From the IMG/VR virus record IMGVR_UViG_3300010052_000185, positions 1 through 26,984 of that record: 26,984 bases of DNA; one strand, 5' to 3'. Numbering within the stretch: the first letter of the stretch is position 1; every line of letters begins with the position of its first letter. The translations under genes and the position numbers were made by a program. This DNA comes from a virus (Duplodnaviria > Caudoviricetes). This document shows, piece after piece, positions 1 to 6,321 of the stretch. Below the pieces are notes generated by a model. It had not been told where the DNA came from. It ran no database searches and saw only the letters and a list, made by a program, of their open reading frames with translations.

Positions 1-231
1 TCAGGCTTCATCTCGAACGTGGTCGTGCGCGGCGTGCGCACGGCGGGCGCCACGGTGTCGGCGCTCAGGGCGCAGATTGCGCGGCGTGGCGCGGTGCAGG
101 CTGTGGCTCGCAAAGTTGGCAGCAGCCGGCGCGGCGGCGCTCCGATCGCGATCTCGAACGGGCAGGTCAAGGGCTACTACCGCCAGCAGGGCGGGAAGAG
201 CGTGTTCGTGCAGGGCTATCAGCGGCGGTAG
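1..231 (+). CDS. 5'-truncated small basic protein with C-terminal VKGYYRQQGGKSVFVQGY tag
   Basis: Frame 1 is open from base 1 to TAG 229-231; 14 K/R and no D/E in 76 visible residues; C-terminus shared with the next gene, with synonymous differences in this frame. Confidence 0.75.
   Translation, partial: SGFISNVVVRGVRTAGATVSALRAQIARRGAVQAVARKVGSSRRGGAPIAISNGQVKGYYRQQGGKSVFVQGYQRR
153..218 (+). repeat. 66-bp direct repeat copy 1 (encodes the shared C-terminal tag)
   Basis: 61/66 identical to 646-711 by manual alignment. Confidence 0.95.
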
Positions 232-234
232 GAA

Positions 235-271
235 GGCGCGGATGCTGGTGGGCATCCGAAGCGCCCAGCAA
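235..271 (+). promoter_or_regulatory. Conserved bulged stem-loop element, copy 1
   Basis: GGCGC-GGATG-ctggtggg-CATCC-GAA-GCGCC-cAGCAA, lying between stop 231 and SD AAGGAGAGGA (271-280); 30/37 identical to 25003-25039. Confidence 0.75.
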
Positions 272-283
272 AGGAGAGGAACG

Positions 284-724
284 ATGGCGAAGCGTGGATT
301 TGGTGGTCTCAAGGCAAGCCTGCGCCGCCTTTCCGGTGCAAACCTCAGGGCGATCGGTAGCGGTCGGCAATCGCTGGGGATGACGGCGTCTATTGCTGGA
401 ATGTTTATGCCGCCTGGCGCTGGCGCTGTTGTCAGTGGCCTGGGGGCTCTCTATGCCGTGACTGGTGCCGTCAAGACCTATCAGGGCCATAAGTTGATGG
501 GTGCGGCGGATCGGGCCGTGCGCATCGAGAAGATGCGACAAGCGCGCTCCGGCGTGGCAGCAGGCGCGGCGAAGCGGTCTGGACGGGCCATCCAGGCCAG
601 CAACCGCACGGGCGGCCGTCGCGTCGCGGCTGCGACGCCTCAGGGCTCGAACGGTTCGGTCAAGGGCTATTACCGCCAGCAGGGCGGCAAGAGCGTGTTC
701 GTGCAGGGCTACTCGCGGGCCTAA
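284..724 (+). CDS. Basic 146-aa hypothetical protein with Gly/Ala-rich hydrophobic segment and C-terminal VKGYYRQQGGKSVFVQGY tag
   Basis: ATG 284 with strong SD; 24 K/R versus 2 D/E; hydrophobic stretch SLGMTASIAGMFMPPGAGAVVSGLGALYAVTGAV. Confidence 0.85.
   Translation: MAKRGFGGLKASLRRLSGANLRAIGSGRQSLGMTASIAGMFMPPGAGAVVSGLGALYAVTGAVKTYQGHKLMGAADRAVRIEKMRQARSGVAAGAAKRSGRAIQASNRTGGRRVAAATPQGSNGSVKGYYRQQGGKSVFVQGYSRA
646..711 (+). repeat. 66-bp direct repeat copy 2
   Basis: 61/66 identical to 153-218. Confidence 0.95.
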
Positions 725-726
725 CC

Positions 727-775
727 CCGAGCGGATGCGGCGAGCGTGAGCGAGACGTGGGCATCCGAAGCGAGG
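727..775 (+). promoter_or_regulatory. Conserved bulged stem-loop element, copy 2 (expanded loop)
   Basis: GCGGATGC (731-738) ... GTGGGCATCCGAAGCG (757-772); same stem and GAA bulge as copy 1 with a longer loop; abuts SD GAGGA (772-776). Confidence 0.7.
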
Positions 776-783
776 AAAGAAAC

Positions 784-969
784 ATGGGGTGCAGATGTGG
801 AGAGCGCGCGAACGCGATCCGCGACGCTGCCCTTGCCATCGCGCGAGGTGACTCACAGGCGGTCGCTGAGGCCGCTCGCTTCGTCGCCCGCACTTCGGCC
901 GAGGATCTGAAGCACGGCGCCCAGGCGCTCAAGATCAAGGCAGCGGCGCGGCTCGGCCTGAAGCGGTAG
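784..969 (+). CDS. Small hypothetical protein (61 aa, starts MGCRCG)
   Basis: ATG 784 with SD GAGGA; Ala-rich helical sequence; fits the operon spacing. Confidence 0.75.
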   Translation: MGCRCGERANAIRDAALAIARGDSQAVAEAARFVARTSAEDLKHGAQALKIKAAARLGLKR

Positions 970-986
970 CGCCAAGGAAAAGTCCA

Positions 987-1688
987 ATGGGCTACACGCC
1001 GCGCTCGGGCTGGGGAGCAAACCGCAGCTACAAGTCGGCGGCTCATTACAACGCCGCGCGCGCGTCTCGCGGCGATCACATGTCGGGCGGCGTGTCGATC
1101 CACATCGATGCGCACAAGATCGAGCATCTGCGACGCGCGCTGATCGACGCCGGCACGGGATACAAGCGCGCCGAGGTCATTCTCGCGCAGTCGCTCAATC
1201 GGGCGGGCCAGCGTGTCGGCACGCAACTAAAGCGCTTCATCAAGCACTGGACCGGCATTCGCCGCTTCCAGGAAGTGACCAAGCGCATCAAGCCTGTCAT
1301 CGCGTCGGCCGGGAATATGCGGGCTGGCGTCACGGTGAGCGGTCGGCATTTCCGCGTGACGAAGGCGGACTTCGGCGCGAGCTGGCGGCCAGGGTCGGCG
1401 GGCGGCACGCACAAGGCGTGGAACCGGGGGCAGGTAGCGAAGGGCTCGTTCATGCCTCGCCGGTTTACCGGAGGGAGCGCATACGGCGGGGGGCTCCTGT
1501 TCACGCGAACGAGTAAGGCACGTCTTCCGATCAAGCCACTGTGGGGGCCGAACCCTGTCCGAGAGATGCAGCGTCACGCACCCATGTGTCGCGCCATCGT
1601 GAGGAAAGAGGCGAATTGGTTTCTGCGCGAGAGCGTGCGCCGTGCCGAAGTCGAGTTGAAGAAGGCCAAGGCCAAGTACGGTCTCTGA
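987..1688 (+). CDS. Lambda gpZ-like minor tail / tail completion protein
   Basis: Basic protein with SLNRAG near the N-terminus and LFTRTSKARLPIKPLWGP, matching the gpZ-family pattern; SD AAGGA upstream. Confidence 0.65.
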   Translation: MGYTPRSGWGANRSYKSAAHYNAARASRGDHMSGGVSIHIDAHKIEHLRRALIDAGTGYKRAEVILAQSLNRAGQRVGTQLKRFIKHWTGIRRFQEVTKRIKPVIASAGNMRAGVTVSGRHFRVTKADFGASWRPGSAGGTHKAWNRGQVAKGSFMPRRFTGGSAYGGGLLFTRTSKARLPIKPLWGPNPVREMQRHAPMCRAIVRKEANWFLRESVRRAEVELKKAKAKYGL

Positions 1689-1797
1689 GTGCAAGCGTCG
1701 CGCGTTGTGACGGGGGCGGGCGTGGGGCGTCACCCTATCCCATGCGCATGCACCTCTAACACGCGAACGACGAAACTCAACGCCGTTCAAATCGCAA

Positions 1798-1852
1798 GGT
1801 ACCTTCTGGCCTCGTTTTGCCTGCGGGCGCCGCTGCGCGCGAAAACTCGCTA
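1798..1852 (+). other. Putative cosQ/cosN packaging site (lambda-like)
   Basis: GGTACCT (1798-1804) ... TGCG|GGCGCCGCTGCG|CGCGAAAACTCGCTA parallels lambda GGGTCCT ... TACG|GGGCGGCGACCT|CGCGGGTTTTCGCTA, and lies just upstream of terS. Confidence 0.65.
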
Positions 1853-1869
1853 GGTGAGGTTCAAAATTG

Positions 1870-1974
1870 TGACTTCCCATGATTCCCATGGGCGATTGTC
1901 AACCTCGAAAACGCCCGCAAACGCTGGGCTTTCACGCTGGGAAGTCAGATGGGAAGTCAGGCCATTGATTCCCA
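1870..1974. repeat. cosB-like cluster of direct/inverted repeats (TGACTTCCCA / TGGGAAGTCA)
   Basis: TGACTTCCCA 1870-1879; its exact reverse complement at 1938-1947 and 1950-1959; variant TGATTCCCA at 1880-1888 and 1966-1974. Confidence 0.75.
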
Positions 1975-2545
1975 AACCGTGTGGGGAAGCCGGCAAGAAT
2001 GCGCGGATGCCCTAGGGATCGGGCGTCGACGGGTTGGTCAGTTGATCGAAAAAGGGGTGATTACCGAGACCGAGTTCGGCATCGATCTCGACAAGGCGAA
2101 GGGCGAATACGAGCGGAAGACTGATCAGGCGAAGCGAACTGCATATGGAAATCGCCCTGATCGCCGATCGGCAAGACATCCGGCAAAAGCGAAAAGCGCA
2201 CCCAAGACAAGGCGACCTTCTTTCGCCGGTAGTGGAGCTGCAGCCGACGAGGACGATCAGCCGGATATCTTCGACGACTATAATGTGGCTCGAGCGCGGA
2301 AAGTTGCCGCTGATGCTGAGCGGTCGCGCCTCACCGCTGATCAAATGGCCGGCAAATTGGTTTCGCGTGATGAGGTGCGCGAGAAAGAAGCGGCTATCGC
2401 GCGGGTCTTACGGGATCGCATTCTCGGGTTCCCTGCTCGTGTTGCCAACCTGATCCCGTTGGAGGCGATGAAGTCTTTGACAGAAGAATGCGAGCAGTTG
2501 GTGCGTGAGCTCCAGGAAGCAGCCAGCATGATCGCCGAGGGTTGA
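1949..2545 (+). CDS. terS: Terminase small subunit (Nu1-like)
   Basis: N-terminal HTH-like SRQECADALGIGRRRVGQLIEKG, coiled-coil C-terminus with GKLVSRDEV; directly upstream of TerL. GTG 1979 is an alternative start. Confidence 0.85.
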   Translation: MGSQAIDSQTVWGSRQECADALGIGRRRVGQLIEKGVITETEFGIDLDKAKGEYERKTDQAKRTAYGNRPDRRSARHPAKAKSAPKTRRPSFAGSGAAADEDDQPDIFDDYNVARARKVAADAERSRLTADQMAGKLVSRDEVREKEAAIARVLRDRILGFPARVANLIPLEAMKSLTEECEQLVRELQEAASMIAEG

Positions 2546-4410
2546 TGCAAGGTTACACTTGCGGGTGGCGCATAGGACTTGAGCTTCCGCCCAAACGAAC
2601 GATCTCGCAGTGGGCCGATGAAAAGCGTTTCATCGCTCGCGGCACGGGTCCAGAGCCTGGTCGCTGGCGCACTGATCGGCTACCGCTTCTGCGTGAGCCG
2701 ATGGATTGCGTCCACGAGCCGAATGTCGACGTGGCCGTTTTTATGTGCTCGTCACAGGCGGCTAAGACCGAGTTGCTGATTAACATCTCGGCATTCTTCG
2801 TCGACCAGGATCCGGCGCCGCAGATGTTCGTGCTGCCGACGTTAGAGCTCGCCGACAGTTTTTCTACAAAGCGCTTCACACCGACGATCGAGGAAACACC
2901 GGCGCTATTTGACAAAGTCGGGCGATCGGCATCTCGTGACACGTCGACGACCATCCGGGAAAAGAGCTATCCAGGCGGCGATATCGTATTTGCCGGCGCC
3001 AATTCACCCGCAAGCCTAGCGTCTCGTCCTCGACGCGTCGTCCTCATGGACGAAATCGACAAGTATTCGGCGTCGATCGGGCATGACGGCGATCCTATCG
3101 ACCAAGCGTTTCAGCGCACTCAGAACTTCTGGAACAGGGTGCGTGTGCTAGCTTCGACGCCGACACTCCATGGGCTATCGGCCATCGAGAGTTGGTTCGC
3201 GCGATCTGATCAGAGACACTGGCACGTCGCTTGCCCGCACTGCGGTGCAGATCAAGCTCTTTCCTGGTGGTCGGGCGAAGAAGATGATCGCGTCTGCAAC
3301 GTTCGATGGGAAAAGGGCCACCCCGAAACGGCGCGCTATCATTGTATCCATTGCGATGAACCGTGGGACCAACGCCAACTTGCGATCGCGAGCGTCGACG
3401 GCGAGTGGGTACCGCACAATCGTGAGCCCACGAAGATCCGTGGCTATCACTGGAACAGTCTCTATTCACCTTGGGTGAGCCTTGCCGATCTCGCTTCAGC
3501 TTGGGAAGCTGCGGAGGGCATCAGTGAGAAAGAGCAGACCTTTGTAAACCTGAAGCTAGGGCTGCCCTATAAACAGACCAGGGGTGCGCAGACGACCGTT
3601 CAAGCGCTTTTCGATCGGCGCGAAGACTACGGTCCGAACCCAGCGAATGGCACCTACAGCGACACGTTCAAGGTGCCTGAGGATGTCGTCCTCATCACAG
3701 CGTTCGTTGACGTGCAGGCCGATCGCTTCGAGGTGCAGTATGTCGGCTGGGCGCCCAACGAGGTTAAGTGGGTTCTCGACTACAGGGTGCTCTATGGCGA
3801 TCCCACAGACCCAACTGCATGGCGCCGGCTAGATGAAACCCTTCTTCGTTTGTCGTTCGCACACCCGATTGCTGGCGCTCTTGAGATAGCTGCCATCGGG
3901 ATCGATGCCGGCAACTGGCAGCAAATCGTTCTTGAATTCGTTCGCACGCAGCGAGAGGCGTTCCGCCCCTTCTATGCGATCAAAGGCAAGGAGGGTTTCG
4001 GTCGCCCGCTGTTCCACGAGTCATCGGACAAGTTCAAGCTTGGTGCCAAGCTCTACATTTCCGGCGTCGACGACGGCAAGACGATGACCATGCAGGAACT
4101 CGCGGCGAGACCTGATCCGAAGACCGGTGATGGGAAGTACCGGGTGCATTTTCCGCGACATCTCGAGCTTTCATACTTCGAGATGCTTCTGTCGGAGCGC
4201 ATCAAAGTCGAGTATCGGGCCGGTCGCGCAACGCCGAAGTGGGTGAAGATCAAGGATCGGAACGAGGCATTCGACACATTTGTCGGATGCATAGCCGTTC
4301 GATACTCGCCCCATTGCAAGGGCATCGATCTGACCGTTCTGCGAGAGCAGATGACCGGTCAACGCAAGGAACTGAGCGGTGGCGACCTTGCTGCCTTGTT
4401 CAAACGGTGA
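2545..4410 (+). CDS. terL: Terminase large subunit, lambda GpA family
   Basis: SQWAD..R, EPGRWRTDR.P, Walker A-like SSQAAKT, Walker B VVLMDEID, STPT, CPHC..C..C, VDVQADR, IDAG, RNEAFD; TGATG overlap with terS. Confidence 0.95.
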   Translation: MQGYTCGWRIGLELPPKRTISQWADEKRFIARGTGPEPGRWRTDRLPLLREPMDCVHEPNVDVAVFMCSSQAAKTELLINISAFFVDQDPAPQMFVLPTLELADSFSTKRFTPTIEETPALFDKVGRSASRDTSTTIREKSYPGGDIVFAGANSPASLASRPRRVVLMDEIDKYSASIGHDGDPIDQAFQRTQNFWNRVRVLASTPTLHGLSAIESWFARSDQRHWHVACPHCGADQALSWWSGEEDDRVCNVRWEKGHPETARYHCIHCDEPWDQRQLAIASVDGEWVPHNREPTKIRGYHWNSLYSPWVSLADLASAWEAAEGISEKEQTFVNLKLGLPYKQTRGAQTTVQALFDRREDYGPNPANGTYSDTFKVPEDVVLITAFVDVQADRFEVQYVGWAPNEVKWVLDYRVLYGDPTDPTAWRRLDETLLRLSFAHPIAGALEIAAIGIDAGNWQQIVLEFVRTQREAFRPFYAIKGKEGFGRPLFHESSDKFKLGAKLYISGVDDGKTMTMQELAARPDPKTGDGKYRVHFPRHLELSYFEMLLSERIKVEYRAGRATPKWVKIKDRNEAFDTFVGCIAVRYSPHCKGIDLTVLREQMTGQRKELSGGDLAALFKR

Positions 4411-4416
4411 GAAGCG

Positions 4417-4665
4417 ATGCCAGAACCTGCTCCGGATTGCGCGAACGAACTGCGCAAGCTTTACGACGCCATCATGGCGCTGCAGAGCGGCCAGCGCGCA
4501 GTTCAGATGGGTTTCGGAGACCGGCAGGTTACGTTCGGTGGCACGCAGCTCAACGAATTGAAGCAGATGTACTCCCTGTTTTACCGCCAATGTGGCGCAG
4601 ACAGTGGCCTGCTTGATCTGTCCAAAGCCGTTCAACGCGGCCCGCCTGCCACCGCGCGCTTCTAA
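4417..4665 (+). CDS. gpW-like head-tail joining protein
   Basis: 82 aa between TerL and portal; helix-hairpin-helix pattern ALQSGQRAVQMGFGDRQVTF. Confidence 0.8.
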   Translation: MPEPAPDCANELRKLYDAIMALQSGQRAVQMGFGDRQVTFGGTQLNELKQMYSLFYRQCGADSGLLDLSKAVQRGPPATARF

Positions 4666-4674
4666 GGGGCATTG

Positions 4675-6321
4675 ATGTCGGAAGATCTGGACGTTGCACC
4701 CGTCGCGCCGCAGAGCACGACGTTGCCGGCGGCTGTCACGGCGTCGGTCGAGCGCGCTTATCGCGACGCGAAGATAACCGGCGGCGGCGAGCTCGCGATG
4801 TGGCGGCCGAGAAATCTGTCGGCTGACGCGGCAATTCTTCGGGATCACAAGCTGATCCGGGCGCGTGCGCGCGATTTGGTGCGTAACGATCCTATCGCGA
4901 AGAATGCCGTGCGCATGAACCGCGACGCGGTTTCGGGTTCAGGTCTGAAACTTGCGCTTCGGATCGACTGGCAGACACTCGGCTTCAAAAATATCGCCGC
5001 AGCGAACGAGTATCAGGACCAGATCGTTCGAGAGTGGGAAGCATACGCCGAGTCCATCGAATTTCAGTCAGATGCACGCCGGCAGCGCACGTTCTCGCAG
5101 ATGTTTCAAACGGTCGATCAGACCGACTTCGTCGACGGCGAGAGCCTTGCTATTCTCGAAATGAAGCCCGGCGTCGGCGCCTATTTGACGTGTGCCAATC
5201 TGATCGACGTTGACCGGCTCGAAAACCCGACCGGCGTAATGGACTCAAATCAGGTCCGCGGCGGAATCGAGCGTGATATCTACGGCGAGCCGATTGCGTA
5301 TTACATCCGCGACGGGCACCCGGCGGACGTGGGTCTCGGTGCGAGCCTCGCATCTCTGACGCACAAACGCGTTGAGCGCATGTTCCCGTGGGGCAGGCCG
5401 ATCGTCCTGCATACCTTCGATCACACTCGACCCGAGCAGACGCGCGGTGTCTCCGAATTCGCCGCGGCGATCGTCCCGATGCGTATGTTGGGGCAGTACA
5501 ACGATACAGAACTGCAGACTGCCATCACCCAGGCCGCATTCGCCGCCGTCATCAAGACGGAGGTCGATTGGTCGGCGGCAATGCAAGTCCTCGGCACTCA
5601 GGCCCGAGGAGAAAATGGTGTTTGGGAGATCGCGAAAGCGCATCTCTCGAACGCAGCGGAATATTACGAAGGCCGCGACATCACCTTCAACGGTTCGAAG
5701 ATCCCGCATTTGCTCCCCAATGAGAGCCTCGATGTCCTTCGCTCTACGCACCCGAACGCCAATTTCGAGGCGTTCGAGAGCGCCTTCATCCGAAAGCTTG
5801 CCGCAGGCCTCGGTGTGGAAGCGCACGAGCTCGGCAAAAACTATCGCGAGGTCAACTACTCGGCCGCCCGTGCTGCGCTTGAAAGCGTGTGGCGCACATA
5901 TCGCGCTCGCAGAACGCGCCTCGTGACGCAATTTGCTATGCCGTTTTTCGGTGCATGGCTCGAAGAGGCAGTCGACCTGGGAACTGTCCTGCTTCCGCCA
6001 GGACATGACAATTTCCTGGCCATCCGGCCGTATCTCGTCAAGGGCACCTTTATCGCTTGGGGTAAGCCGAAGGTCGATCACTACAAGGAACGCCAGGGCG
6101 AACAGCTCGGCCTTCAGATGGGCGTTGAGACGCTAGAGGACATTGCCGCCAATGATGGACGTAGCTGGCGCGAGGTGCTCGAGCAGCGCGCCTATGAGCG
6201 CAGCACCATGATCAATCTGGGGCTCGATCCCGACGGAACCGGACCCGAAATGGCCGGCTTACAAGGCGTCCCGGACGAAGCCGGAGAAAATAGCAACGAC
6301 AAGAGGGACGCAGCAGAATGA
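4675..6321 (+). CDS. Portal protein, lambda family
   Basis: RARARDLVRND, FVDGE, RPEQTRGVS, VNYSAARA motifs; about 548 aa; position in head module. Confidence 0.95.
   Translation: MSEDLDVAPVAPQSTTLPAAVTASVERAYRDAKITGGGELAMWRPRNLSADAAILRDHKLIRARARDLVRNDPIAKNAVRMNRDAVSGSGLKLALRIDWQTLGFKNIAAANEYQDQIVREWEAYAESIEFQSDARRQRTFSQMFQTVDQTDFVDGESLAILEMKPGVGAYLTCANLIDVDRLENPTGVMDSNQVRGGIERDIYGEPIAYYIRDGHPADVGLGASLASLTHKRVERMFPWGRPIVLHTFDHTRPEQTRGVSEFAAAIVPMRMLGQYNDTELQTAITQAAFAAVIKTEVDWSAAMQVLGTQARGENGVWEIAKAHLSNAAEYYEGRDITFNGSKIPHLLPNESLDVLRSTHPNANFEAFESAFIRKLAAGLGVEAHELGKNYREVNYSAARAALESVWRTYRARRTRLVTQFAMPFFGAWLEEAVDLGTVLLPPGHDNFLAIRPYLVKGTFIAWGKPKVDHYKERQGEQLGLQMGVETLEDIAANDGRSWREVLEQRAYERSTMINLGLDPDGTGPEMAGLQGVPDEAGENSNDKRDAAE

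Noticed and set aside
235-271. Stem-loop as a hammerhead or HDV-like ribozyme, glycine riboswitch or lambda boxB
   Set aside because: No CUGANGA core, no HDV P1/P3/L3 topology, no GGAGA/CUCUCAGG partner for CCGAAG, and no GNRA-like boxB loop shared by all copies.
153-711. 66-bp repeat pair as a DGR template/variable repeat or CRISPR repeats
   Set aside because: Mismatches are not adenine-specific, both copies are coding, no reverse transcriptase or cas gene is present, and there are only two copies 493 bp apart.
1-856. Minus-strand ORFs 1-312 and 167-856, and the extended 77-283 start of the 215-aa ORF
   Set aside because: Shadows of GC-rich plus-strand genes; repeat differences are synonymous in the plus frame, and the strong SD supports ATG 284.
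1707-1750. G-rich stretch GTGACG-GGGGCGGGCGTGGGG-CGTCAC and palindrome CATGCGCATG upstream of cos
   Set aside because: Only three G-tracts (not a canonical quadruplex); short single palindromes are expected at this GC content.
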